DNA of 54,266 nt, counting the filler, from Sphacelaria rigidula (taxonomy: Eukaryota), in assembly GCA_964200075.2 (NCBI GenBank). It is 5 parts of 5 records of this genome, joined end to end, with 100 filler letters (N's around TTAATTAATTAA, not from the genome) between each part and the next. Parts side by side here need not be neighbours in the genome. Positions count along the whole stretch, not along the records: positions 21,749 to 32,521 come from CAXNAA020005942.1; positions 32,622 to 43,394 come from CAXNAA020005943.1; 3 more parts are not named here. One strand, given 5' to 3'. The first letter of the stretch is position 1. Each line of letters opens with the position of its first letter. Positions 22,773 through 36,000 of this stretch are shown here, piece by piece. The notes beneath the pieces are model-generated. The model worked only from the letters and a program-made list of their open reading frames with translations. It had not been told where the DNA came from and did not search any database. A program made the translations under genes and the position numbers.

Positions 22773-24949
22773 TCTGGATTAAAGTTGCGACAGTCAAGTC
22801 TGAGCTCAATCTAGACTCGCTCTGGTCAAACGGGATCGAGTTGGGGGTGTTTTCGAGTGCGCCCAGGGACAGAACCGACACACAACGCCATGAGCACCAA
22901 TGAAGCTGAAACTTGTTGAGGGCGTCTCGATACATGTTGGAAGAGCGATGGGGTGGTTTTTTCGCGCAGCGCGGCTCCGAGTCAATTCGGGAACAAAAAG
23001 GGCGTGGTTCGGAGCTTCATAATGAGGCCCGGACGGATAGGACACGACACTTTTTGAATTTCGGTTCAGTAGAAGCCTTTTCAGCCTCCAGGGCCTCGAA
23101 GGAAAACACTACCGGTAGATCCGTGTGTACACAAATGTTCTTTTTCGCTCGCGCATCAAGCCCCACGTATCTTCAAGAAGCTGGCACGTCAACGAATATG
23201 GCGTGGATATATGGCTGAGCCGCCACTTTCTACGATGCCCCCCTCCCAAAACCAGCTCAAAAGTGCCACGAAAAAAATGGCCATACAGCGCCTTGTGTTT
23301 GGGTCCAGGCTGCATGAAGCGCCTCATATTGGCAACATTGGCGAGAACGAATCCAAGCGTGGGAATTCTCAGCTTCTCGTTGTGCTTGGATTTTCCCATT
23401 TCGATTCACGTGAAGATTTTGCGTCCCAAACCCATGCACGTTTTGAGGGAGGGCTATCGTAGAAAGTGTCAGCCCGAGAGCAAAAGACTCTAGGCGAGGG
23501 ACAAAATTGCTCTGTGACACAACGAGGAGAAAAAATAAACCACGGGGTCCGAGACTAAAAAAAGAATGAGAGAAAAGAAATACGCGAAGTCACCACGCAA
23601 AAATGAAAATCGAATACTTACGTATTTTCAGTACTGGACTTACGTACGGCCCAACAAACAAGCACGGTGAGCCACAAACCAATCCGCCGTCGAAGAGACA
23701 GAATCTGCATCCCCAAAGCGACCAAACCATTTCAACAACTTCAACAGCGGAATTGGGCGAAAAAACAATCAACAATTATAAAATAGCGAACATGCAGGTA
23801 AACCAAACCAAAACCGCGCAAACAAACGCCAAAAAAGGCACCCAAGCATTCATCAACCAGTGCTCATCCCAAGAACGCACGGAGGCGCACTTACCTCCCA
23901 CCACAAATCAGTCGATAATCGACATTTTTTCAAAACCTTTGTAAATATACTAATTATTCTGGGAGCACTCGAGAGCCGCGACTCCATGCGCGTTAATGGG
24001 CACCAACACAGCGGAGCCGCAGGAACCAGCACCACCCCTTGGACCGGACCGGACCGGACCTGACCGACACAACTGTCGAACACCTCCCTTTCCTTTACTT
24101 GCAACATTCGCGAGAATCAAAATAAATGTTTCAATTGCTTGGCTTTCCGCATACACAGCTACGGCGCACACCTCACCCCTACTAATGCTGCAGGAGAAGA
24201 GCTAGTACGAGCAGTCAAGCTTCAGGGTCAAAAAGATTGACGCAAGGGCAGGTGCTATCACAACCCATTTTCAAGGCAGCCAAACAATCAACCTATACTC
24301 CTCATTCCCCCTTTCCCCCCGGGCCTCGACCCCTCTCTCTCAAGACGCTCAACAACAACGGAATGACACACATCCACCAGCCCGAACGGCGAGGTGGGTA
24401 GTACACACGAGACGAAGAAAAACGAAGCTGCTGGGAAGTAAAGCGTATTACAAATTGCATACATGCTGATCAATAAAAAGTCCGGGAACAGTACTAAAAA
24501 ATCTGTGAGTGCAACGAGGGCACGATACTTCTGGCCCAACGTACCGATGCCAGTATCTTTCCCCTCGCACCGCCCATTTTAACCGCTACTCGCCCTCCCC
24601 CCCTCCTCGTTTCCTCCTCCCCGTCTATCAACTACAACCTACCCGGTACTGTACACGCGCTGCACGTATAACCACGTGTGTAGACAAAGCGACAAATAGC
24701 AGGAATTCGAAAGCAGCGAAAGAGCACAAGTGCAAGCTCACTAAAAGAAATCCACACAACACGACGAAAACAACATAGAAGGCCCAAAGACGATGCCATG
24801 TAGGGGAGGGCAGAGTAATGTGCTGTAATGTACGGTAGTGTACGGGCAAGGCTTAGAATCCCGAGAGGGAAGGCAGGCAGGCAGGCACATGTCAACATGA
24901 AAAGTGTAACACAACAACACTCAAAAAGGAAAAAAAAAGTTCTACAAAC

Positions 24950-27900
24950 TCAAAACCCTTGGAATTGTCCGTGTTGCCCCTGTCCCTGCGAACCCTGCCG
25001 ATACATCCCTTGTTGCGGCTGCATGTTGTACATCGCCTGCTGCTGCACTTGCCCCCCCTGTGGAAAAGGTAAAGGCACAAGGGAAGACATTCAACGCAGT
25101 GTCGAGCACACGAAAAAGGTCAGACAGCCCGTAAAGGGAGACTTTTTTGAGACTGCACGGTAAGCACGACTAGTTTTGAATCATTTCGTCATACAAAGGC
25201 ACATTTACTTGCCAAGTTGCAGTCTTCAAGCAATCTGCTCATTAATCTCACACTTCCTCTGTCCCATAGGTGAAGGTACCTAAATTTTCAGGGGCCCTTA
25301 ACGATGCCCCATCTCTTTTTTTTCTAGTGAACTCTACGGTGTTTTTTGGGTTAAAAAAAATGTGTTTCATATTTGCAGCTCGTGCTTGAATCATGCCGCC
25401 AAACGGCTGCAAAAAAAGTAGTCTGCCCAAAAATGGCCGTTTTTTGCCTCTTTCCGAGGGAAAAAAAGTGTCGATTTGTTTTTTTCTTCAATCGACCCCA
25501 CCTTCACTGGGGCTTGCTGCCAGGAAGTCTCTCGCGATTGAAACAAAATAGAAATTGAAAAAACATTTTTTTCCCCTCGGAAAGGGGCAAAAAACGGCCA
25601 TTTTGGGGTCGACTACTTTTTTTGCAGCCGTTCGGCGGCATGTTTCAAGCACGAGCTGCAAATATTTTACACATATTCTTAACCCAAAAAACACCGTAGA
25701 GTTCATGAAAAAAACAACGATCGGACATTGTTAAGGGCCCTTACAATATTAGGTACCTTGACTTATGGGACAGAGAGAGTAGACTGGTTATGGATCAAGA
25801 CAAAACAACACTGCATCACGTTCCACCACCTTCCCCCGACGAGGCTTCTCAATCTGTCGAAAGGTGTAGTGCGTACAGTACGGAATCTCTTATACACTGC
25901 GATTGAGGTAATGGTCGATACTGTACGCACTACATTTTTCGACAGTGTTATATTTTGCCATTATCCAGGGTGTGCAAGAATCGCGTGTCCTCCGAGGGGC
26001 TGCATGTCGGGAAATCCATGCACCACCGCTACCCCCCCCTCCCCTACCCGCGGTCGAGAATGAGGAAAATGCCCAATCAATTCGGGAAAAACCTCATTCT
26101 TCCTATTCCGCCACTAGTATACGGAATTGAACGATCATCTAGATATCTCGGGGTTCGCCGCAACGTGAGCAGCCCAAAACCGAGGAGTTTTGGTGTGTCA
26201 GTTGTTCTTGTGGCGATCGGGGAGCAATTTTGCCAGCTCGAACATTACTTTTGAGTCGCGGCGATCACTGGATAATGAACCTTGAGTCCCCCTGGCTTTA
26301 CAGGACCGGTTGCAGTACAGTAGCTACTATCGTCGTCATCCAGCGATGAGGGGGGTACCCCTCCCATGAAGTTGGGTATCCCCCCTCCTTCAACCCCCAA
26401 AATGAGGTTTGTGCGGCGAAAGAGAGGGTGGTGCATGGATTTCCCGATATGGACCCCCTCGTGTCCTTTACCACACCAACATTCCGCGAGCTAAAACAGA
26501 ACCGAATCGTGCGCAAGAGATCGACTGGTGAGAACGTGCAGACTCAAGTTAATACATCGATCACAAACAACACCGTCATCAACTGATCCCTGTGAGCTTC
26601 CAGGCTTGTACAGCCACGTGTGATCGGCATGCATCAAATCAACACAGGGTCATGCGGATGAAACAGGTGAGACGATGTTACGCTTCGAGGTTAAACGACG
26701 GGCTGTCAAAGCACCTGCTGCTGCGGCTGTCGCATCTGCTGTTGCTGGAACTGCTGTTGCTGTTGCTGCTGCTGTTGCGGTGCGAACTGGAAAGCAACAA
26801 AGCGCGAGCGGTACATAGAGAAAAAGCGGAGCAGAAAACAAATGGAGTTCAACTACTACCTCTGTTATGCCGGTGGAGGGGACTGGAAAGAAACCCAGGC
26901 GTATGCGATACGAAAGTGAGCTTCGACGTGCTACGGCGTACAAGACTGACCCCAGACAACCCCAAAACCAACTTCTGATGCACCACTACTACACCACTAC
27001 CATCAGGCGGCATCCAGATACACTATTACAGTACACCCAGACGACACAACATGATGTACACAGCGAGAGCGGAGCCCGCGAGCAAGTACCCGGCATCAAC
27101 CCCGTACCTGCTGCGCGTAGCGCATCTGTGCTGGCTGTTGGAGTTGCTGTTGAGGGAACCCAGATTGCTGCTGCTGTACCTGGCCCATCCCATTGAATCC
27201 CTGTAGAAACAAATGGGCAACGACAAAGGGGGGAATGGATTGTAAGGAAGGCGGTCTGGTGGTAAGCTTGGTGGTCCAGGGTGCCTCGGGCATCAACTGT
27301 CGCAAATACTGGGGATTATTAAAATCTCGGAATATCGACTGCCGCAAAATACTGACGATTCTGGACATCTCTGCGCATCGACTGTAGGAGATACTCGTTC
27401 TCAGGGGTATCTGAAATACTAAGGTATACTCGTGCCACACGTACCCGTAGCCCGACCATGTTTAGAACCTAACGGGGATACTGCTAGTGCGGACGGTGGT
27501 CGAACTAGATCCTTTTCGTGAGAGAGGGATGGGGGGGGGGGGGGAGGCGTCATTTCCCGCAAGTTACCTGCTGCATGCCGCCCGAACCTCCGAACCCGCC
27601 CCCTCCAATCGTTTTTTGTTGTTGCGGTTGCGGCTGCGCGAACTGACCCTGTGCTTGACCCTGGAACTGGTGTTACAGATACGAGTACGACAAACGATGC
27701 AAAGTGCAGACGGACTCGTCATAATCTGGCAATACAATGACACATGTAGGGGAAAGCAGACACGCTTACCCAAGGATCCACGACCCGTCAACATGTGAAT
27801 CATTCACCTCACCCTCCTGCTTAGTGAGGGGTGCATGATACAAACGAAAAGAGTATTCATAGCAGCTCAACATCATAGTATGACCAACAGAAAAGAAAAA

Positions 27901-28286
27901 AAAAAACAGGTGTGGAATCAAGAGGGTATGTCATATCCAGTACCTGGCCCCCAACGAACCCGCCGCCGTTCCCCTGTGCACCCGCAGGCACGCCCCCGCC
28001 CATCCCTTGCCCTCCAGCCCCCTGCAACACCATCGCCCCAGGTCCAATCCCCCCACCCGGCTGCGGCTGCTGCTGCTGCGGCTGCTGTGCACCAAGTGAA
28101 CCATGCACAACCATAGCACCTGGAGCTGCCGCCACGGCTCCGTTGGTGGCGTTACGCGACATCGACGAACGGAATGACGGGGTGTCTCTGGTCGGGGGTT
28201 GCAGCAAGGGCATGGCAGACGATGAGGTGGATGTTTGAGGAGCAGATGATTGCCGGGGCATCATGGGACCGGACCCGCCCATCCTG

Positions 28287-28324
<38 letters not shown>

Positions 28325-31300
28325 ACCGTTGACGAACGGGAGGGAGTTGTAGGAGGACGAAGTGGGAAAGCCTTGTTGCTGCTGCTGCTGCTGAAGTTGA
28401 TGTTGGCTGTTTTGATGTTGGAGTTGTTGCTGGTAGCCGGTGGAATGAGAGGTGGCCGACGAGGTGACGGGACCGCCCAGAACTGCCATGAGATCTTGAT
28501 CCAATAACGAAGGCGCTGATTTCGTTTCACAATACGAGGGGGCGGGGGGCGGGGGTCCGGTCTCTGCATGATGGCACAACAAAATAATACGAAGTATACA
28601 CCATGCAGTCAGCGTTTTGCGGCCCATCCGACATTCCAGATGACAAGTGTAGAACACGAGACCAGAAAAAGGAATAGAAGTAGCACGACCTGAAGTACTC
28701 GGTACTTTCGGCACTCGACACCCTTGGCACCTAAAATAATCAGTTTCTGTGTCCCGTACTCTGAGTACCATATGGGTGGCTTCGAGGGGCAAGTATTGGA
28801 GGTAACCTGGAGTATTTGTGCTCGATAATACGGGTACCAACCCGGGTAATTCGGGAGGCGGATATCTGAGGTACGCTGGGGTACCTGGTGTTTTGGCAGT
28901 CTGTACTCTGGGTGTCCGCAGTATCTGCACTCGGTACTCTGCTTATTACACCGGATGTTTGCTGGGGCCGGGTATCACAGGTACCTCGATATACTCAGTG
29001 TCTCGGTGGTGGGTGCAATATGTACGCCAACGACTCAGACTTTGTGCGCGGTGCTTGGGTACAAACCTGAAATACTGGGCATTTACGGCTGTGAGTACAC
29101 GGGGTACTCTGGAATACCTGAAATTTTCAACGGTCGGTACTCTAGAGAAGGGTGCGTGGTGTCGCCCATCTATTTTGGACGCCAGTCTACACCTTTCGAG
29201 TGTATGTGAGCGCGCCAGCCATAGTCACACAGGAGGAAGGCCAACACAGGAGTTTTGTTCTTTCTTGTTTGTTTTAGTTCTTCCCCTTCCTTCCGCGGTG
29301 CTTGTCATTCTTCTTCATCGCGAGGGAAGCGCAGCAGTCCCTTTCCCTCGTCGATCATTAAATCGAATTTTGGGTACCCACAACAAAGTCACTCCCCACT
29401 GTCGGGCGATGTGTGAGAAACAAATCTCAAATCGCTCACAGATTTGAACCCACGACCCAACGGTCAAAACGTTCCGAGGTTACCAACTGACCCATCGGGG
29501 CGAGCAGCGTGATCTCCACACAAGCTCAAACTCCAGGCTACCAAATGGTACGTATTGTACCCCCACACCCCTTCGTGGTATAAGAGCGACTTGAAGGCGC
29601 CCAAGAAAAGTTGTAAACTCCAAGACAACAGGCCCCAATCACTGAAAAATACAGCAACATCACCTCCCGCTCCCGAGTTGGCCGGAACCAGCGCCGTAGA
29701 AGTCACAGCCCCCCCACTGGGAGACGCGAAGCCGTCCGCTGTTTGTCGTCGCTGGAGGCCCTGCGCTTGCGACTGCTGTGGCCGTTGCTGAGACTGGTTC
29801 GGACGACGGAACAGAAGAACGAGTGGCAAGCAACAAGAAAATGGGACTAAATGGCAGGCCGGTACAGAGTTACTCGATCTCAACCTCCACGCGTGCTGTC
29901 CAACCGTGCGCCATCGAGCTTTCTCGTGCTCCGATGCTAACATCGTAAATCAGGCGACAAGTAGAACAAAACACGGCACACACCTGCTGACCACCGTACG
30001 GCATCGGGCCTCGCATGCCTCCGCCGCCGCCCCCGTTCCTCGCCGGCGCGACATCCTCCTCGTCCGAAGACTCCAGTGAAACTAGAAGGTCAGACGCGGT
30101 AGTCGCCAGAGGGCCATCTCTCCTCGGATTAGGGCTGTGTTGATTCATCATCAAGCGGTGATGAAGACAAAAAAACCACAGAGGTAAGCACGAGTGATCC
30201 GTTTTTGTTCTCGTTTCCGTGACAAGTACTACCGCTACTACTCCTGCTTACATCAAAAACAGCCGAAGCTGGTATCGATAAAACCGGCGCCCACGTAAGA
30301 TTAAGGTTATCTTAGGAATGATAGACCATGAAGACAATGATCGTGATAAGACGAATGATGGAATTAGGAGACGAAACTTATCCCCTCTCGCGATCAACAC
30401 ACACCTGCCATCCGTGGCTCTCCGGTTACGGTCTCGACCGCCCCCTCCTTTCCCTCGGCTCGACCCCCCGCGATCGCGGTCATCCATACCCCCCCTCCCG
30501 CTGCCCCCGCCATCAACAGAGCCCGTCCCGAACGTCGCCGCTGCCGATACACGTCGCCGCTGCTCCGCCGAAGGTGACAGCGCCCGAGAAGACGATGCCG
30601 AAGTATTGCTTCCAGCCCCGAAGCCACCGGATGGTTTGCGTCCGCCCAGAGAGGACGATTGGGACTCCTGCTCGAGGTCGGCAAAGTTATCCTATTCGAA
30701 AACGCAAGCAAGCAAACAACAGCGACATCCAGAAGGACAACGGGAAACGGAGATGAATACAGCTGGATGAGTGGTAAACCCCGCATGTTTACGTCACACT
30801 GTAACTCACAAAGTTTACCAAATCCGCCCGACTAGAGCATGTCGCTGTGAACTGCAGATCAACCTCGTAACAAATGGTACCGCCGATGAATGAAAAAAAA
30901 AAAGGAAAAACAAGTGTACTGCATAATGTATGATCTCATCGACGCAACAAAAAAAGGGATTTGTCGGGATTCGAACTCGTGACTTCCATAACTGGAATCT
31001 CCTGCATTACTTGCACAAAAGGGGTGCAGCGGGGTCACAAAAAGAGTGCCCGTCTGGGCCGAATTTCAGGAACTTTTGGCCGAAATTGCACCAGGATCTC
31101 CTGCACACGATTACGCACAACAACAGGGGGGATGCCGATGAAATTCGTAATTTTCCACACCCTGGCAATAGACAATAGATTCCATACTGTACGCAGTAAA
31201 TTTTTCGACCGTGTATTCTATTGTCCAGGGTGTGTAATTTTCAGGAAGTTGAACATTTTTTCCAGTTTTTGCAGAAACCTCAAATCGCTCCAACTTTCTG

Positions 31301-32126
31301 TTTGTTTGTTCTTCCGCGCATCCCGCGCAATTTTGTGCGTATTGATGATGAAAATGTCGTGTCAAAATTACAGCGCCCCAACTTCTCGAATTACTCACAG
31401 CCGCACCCGGAAACATTCAAAAATCACTGTCAGCTGGCCCAGCTCGTGAAGAGGGGGAGAAAAGAAGAGGGGCAGACTGCATGACGGGAAGCACACCAAT
31501 ACCTTCAATTCTTGGTCACACTCAGTAGCGCAGCCTACCAAGTGTCGAGGTATGACGCGGACTATGGTTGTCACGCTGGTCGGGGTGACGGTTGCGCAAG
31601 GTTTTCACGTAGTCCACTAGGACGGAAGCTCAACAAACCCACCCAAAGATGTCTGAGGTAAAATATGGGCGCGAGTATAATGCACACTGGAAGATAGCAT
31701 ACGTGACCTGTCCTGGACGAGGCGGAATGTTGCCTTGAGTGACAGTGATCGAAACTACCTTGTGGTACGTATGGACAATGACCTTGTTCGGGTCATGACG
31801 TACTGGGGGGGGGGACTTTTTGCGTGATACAAGAACGGGGTAATATTAGAAGACCGAAATAAAATCCAACAATTCCGTCCTGTCGAAATGGAAGATGGCA
31901 CAATGATATCCTCATCTCAACATTAAAATCCACTTCTTCCTATACGGTACACCATTTTCAGTTTAGTGTACACTTGGATCATGACTGCTTCTTCTTCCAT
32001 AAGAGGCGCGAGAAGGATGTCGACAAAACTGACCTCGTGCACGATGCGTTTGCTACTGGAGACAGTCCCTATGTGCGGATTCCTCTTGAGCTCCATCTGG
32101 TGCTCCAACGCCGACAGCCACAACGC
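24950..32126 (-). CDS. 3' part (9 exons, 550 aa) of a gene with a probable PH-domain C-terminal helix followed by a long disordered G/Q/N/P-rich region: complement(join(24950..25057,26715..26786,27108..27200,27568..27666,27944..28563,29664..29793,29984..30134,30405..30691,32034..32126)); 5' exons lie off the contig
   Basis: All junctions are GT-AG with matching phases and give one open frame of 1653 nt ending ...QFQGF*. The first visible exon ALWLSALEHQ resembles the Trp-containing PH helix (domain call is inference). Confidence 0.8.
25253..25779. mobile_element. Stowaway/Tc1-mariner-like foldback MITE (~527 bp) in the last intron
   Basis: Termini CTTCCTCTGTCCC / GGGACAGAGAGAG followed by TA; arms of ~230 bp are complementary, so opposite-strand ORFs share QLVLExCRxTAAKKVV. 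Confidence 0.8.
27944..28563 (-). CDS. Largest exon of the Q/G-rich gene (poly-Q and poly-N tracts)
   Basis: catgcag acceptor, gtactg donor; part of ORF 27857..28930. Confidence 0.85.
28690..29140. repeat. GTAC/GTACT-rich degenerate repeat element in an intron
   Basis: Dense recurrence of gtact/gtacc/agtat words. Confidence 0.45.
29157..29508 (-). mobile_element. tRNA-derived SINE copy
   Basis: Reverse complement is collinear with 18348-18699. Confidence 0.8.
31156..31234. mobile_element. 79-bp hAT-type mini-MITE (CACACCCTGG termini)
   Basis: TIRs CACACCCTGGCAATA / TATTGTCCAGGGTGTG; exact 8-bp TSD TAATTTTC; related eroded copy at ~25915-25974. Confidence 0.85.
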
Positions 32127-32521
32127 CTGAATGGATCAACAAAAATAAACAAACAAGTATCATCCATGCAAGAGACATAAGGTAATCAACTACACTGAAA
32201 AAGGTGACAACCGAGATAAATCTCACGAAGGCACACATACACGCTTGATGAAAAAAAACTGATGGAAGCACGGAAGCAGTCAAAGCATCCGTAATCGAAG
32301 TTGTCTAATGACGCAAATTAGGGTGTACAACCGTACGTTGGTTACACTATTCCTCGGATGATAATTGCTGCGCTATTCAGGCACCATACCAGTACTACCA
32401 AAACTGCACCGGGGCACGTGGCACCACAACCCTTGCTCCCTCCCCCCCCCTCTCGGTGCTCCGTCTCGAAAGGGATGCGTGGTCAATGGTCACACGACTA
32501 AGGCAAGCAACAAATGAGTAC

Positions 32522-32621
32522 NNNNNNNNNNNNNNNNNNNNNNNNNNNNNNNNNNNNNNNNNNNNTTAATTAATTAANNNNNNNNNNNNNNNNNNNNNNN
32601 NNNNNNNNNNNNNNNNNNNNN
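32522..32621. other. Artificial contig linker
   Basis: N44-TTAATTAATTAA-N44. Confidence 0.97.
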
Positions 32622-33036
32622 GATCGCTCCTGGAATCGAGCCCCCCTACTCAACCATCAGAAGGGTACGAGGTTACCAACTGAGCCACCGGGGCGACCGG
32701 TTACAGATATCAGGTAGTTACCAGTGTATATGTGGTTAAGATGAACTGCACTTTGGGCGATATGTTGCAGAGTGAAGCGCAGTACATTTACTCCATCACG
32801 ACATTAAAAAAAACGAAAGCAATGTCTTGTATAACCAGACTTTGTGCATATTTTCGAGTATTCACCCCTGCGAGCAAGTCGTGGCAATGTCAGCGAACTC
32901 TTGGTGCAGCCGGTCAACATGCAGTCAGCTGGCGACCCGTCAGCCCTCAACACGTGCGCGTTATCGGCATGAGTGATGCTCCCACGAGCAGGTGCTCCAG
33001 AGTCAATCACTATTGTTTGTATTGTGAAATATGCAG

Positions 33037-36000
33037 TGCTGTTAAAGGGGGAACTTTACCTGTTCGGTGGCCTCCACGCTGGTCCTTCAAAGTCGCTGTG
33101 GGCGCTGAACCTGCGCGAGAGACGGTGGAGACCTGTAGCTGCGAGAAAAGGCGCTCCACCAGCGCCCCGACAAGGGCACACCATGTGCTGTGAGTATTTG
33201 AAGCAATGCAGTCGTAGTCCCATTCCAGTAGTGAATGTGATGCAGTGGAACGAACTAGGGTCCAAATCGCTGTTTCATGGGCAAGGCTCGTGATCCCCTA
33301 ATAGTGCGGTCGTCCGTCTCATCGATCTGATGGTAATATAATGAAAACTGTCCCTTCAAAGGACCGCGTGTGGTAGGAGTACGACTATAGCGGGAAGCTT
33401 CATTGAGATGACGTCTGATATTGCTGTAAGAGTGTTGTCTATGCGTTTTACAAGTTCCGTGTCTTCCTAGTGCTGTCGGTGACTACCTGCCGTATCCAAT
33501 CCTCCAGAAAGCGACTGCTTTGCTGTCTTGTTGAGCACTCCTCCACCTTGTAACCTGCCGGGCGATAATCCACGACCTGTCGACAAAAAAAACACTCTGT
33601 GTCCCGAGTTATCTCACTGAAGACTGTATGTTTTATCGAATGATGCGAAAGGTAGGAGTATATCCTCGAGGAGAATATAATGTGCTGCGGGGGCTCTTAC
33701 TGAGATGCGGTCTAGAGTACGAGAGAATGTCGATATTATTATTTTTTTGAATTTGAGCATATGTATTTTTTGTTTGAATGAAAATAATTCCGTGCAGTTT
33801 TTGTGGATATCATATTGGAATGTGATACTCATCATCCCCTTCCTCTGCAGCGGGGTAGTTTCCTCTCTGCCCAACTCGTCAGGGGCCGACGTGCTATCAT
33901 TTCCACATAGTATACGCACCCACACGGCTTTAGGTTGCACCGTCAGCAAGGTGAGACGGGGCTACAAGCAAACGAACATAGTAGTAGGGAGTTCAGTGGA
34001 GGTGAGCGTTAGAATCAGTATATGCACCTCGGTATTGACAACCGTCGTCGCGTCGCGAGAGTACCACCAGAAGATGGAAATATAACTTTTCACGTTGAAG
34101 AGCGCGCTGTAGCCAAACCGTTGTAGCACCAGCACAGGTTGCAAGCATATGTGCGGCATGCACATGGCCAGGTTGTTTTCCCTCGATCAAGCTCAAAGAT
34201 TTAGTAGCTGCACGTGAGTTGAGGCAGATCTTGCAACATGTCTACTTTCGCGCCAACTTACAATCTTTGCATCCGGCACGAGACGTCAAAATTGTGTTCT
34301 CTACAAGCTTGCCTTTGCTTTATCGCTCATGAGATGTTTTCGGAGTGAAATCATGCTAGGATAGCAGCTGGGGGAAACAGCATTCCGCAGAACTTCCATG
34401 GCACGAACCCCCACTACCTGCTGCCCGGTAGAACCTCCCAATTGCGCAATTCCAACTCCGACAAGTTATCGACAACTTGTCGGAGCAAACGAAGCGGCCT
34501 TGAATATATTGTGATTGACAGAGCATAATCCGGGACACCCGCGCATTATCTAGGACACAAACACGCACAAATCTCTCTCTCTATATATACACATAAGGCT
34601 TCATCTTGCTCTCCATTGACAGGTGAATTTTGGATGACATGTGCCCTAGGCTCACATGAGTTGTAATACCTGCAGATTTGAGTACTCTGAAGTTCAGCGT
34701 CTACACATCTAATACAGGTAGAGAAATATTTCAACAGCAGTTGTCCGAACTCCTTACACTAACTATGCCGATCTGAACGTCAGGTAATGCCTGAATGTAT
34801 CCATGCCACGAGGCCGTCGGCGCGTCGAAGAGTTTGTGTGCGTTGGCTCTCTACCTTGGGTAGTCTTGCTCGAGGTAGAGGCGAAATGCATTCATCGCAG
34901 TTGTCTCGCAAGGTTCTGTCTCTTTTGTCACTCGTGCGTGGAAATCGGGGCGCACTGCGTATAGCACGCAAGACATTACACAGCCGGCCAGAGGGACACC
35001 TTGAGACGGGTATCACCGTCTTCCCGTCTCGTGGTGAGGTCGGTGATTTACACATAGGGGGTACGAGGACGTTGTTGTTTTCTACCTCCTCTGTTGCCGG
35101 GCTGACCACTCGCCAAGTTGGTGCAGCGCTTGTTTTGAGCGAGCGCACAGCCCTCGTCTCCTCCCCGTCCTTTTCCTCGCGCGACATCGTTGCGACGTAC
35201 ACCTAGGGGATGGACGGTCGTCGCTTTGGGTGTTCGGTGGGCAGGGCGCGGATACCTCCGCCGCGGATTCATCGCGGACACACCAGGGCGTAAAGATCCG
35301 CACGCTCGCCAAGCGAACGTGTTTCAACGACTTCTTCGAGTTCAACACAGCCACGTCGTGAGTGTGTTCGTAGAAACAACGAAATCAGGCACCCCTTGGC
35401 CGGTGACTAATAGAACCAGTACTGTCAGTTGAAGAATCTGCCGTAAGTTGCCTATCCGGTTCTACGCTTGGTGAGTGACAGTGCACTCTGTATCTGAGAT
35501 CCGGAGTACCCCGTCGAAGTTTTACCGAGTTGATCCCACGTTCAAACAACCTCGTGATGATATATAGGAAGTCTGACGGCTAGATCTTCAAATTCCTTTC
35601 CTCTTTGTAGCTAACAGAGCGCGTTTGGATCACCTCCGTCGAGCATACGACAACTTTGGGTGTCGTGTAGTATCGTGCACCATCCCTTTTTTTGGGGCCA
35701 AGCCAAGCGACTGTCCACGACTCATTCTTTTTTGCTCAACGTGTAGCGCCTGGGCCACTTCTGAACCTATAGGTGTCGGTGGAAAGCACCGATCATTTGA
35801 CGTCTGCGGCCTTCAATTATATATCATGGCTATACAGAAATTCGTACGTGGGACTTGAGGCCTTGTCTTCACAGCTCACCAGCCGTACGCCTTCGAATAT
35901 TTTAGGATTTTTACTGCGGGAGCATTCGTACATCATCATAAAGTAAAAAAGTTTGCATTTGGGTACACAGACTCAAACCGGCAACACCACACTTCAGGTG

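Noticed and set aside
27912..28507. Cys-rich and poly-Val/Leu ORFs on the plus strand
   Set aside because: Antisense shadows of the CAG/AAC-rich exon on the minus strand
32034..33189. Divergent (head-to-head) pair of the PH-like and Kelch genes
   Set aside because: Separated by an artificial linker between unrelated contigs
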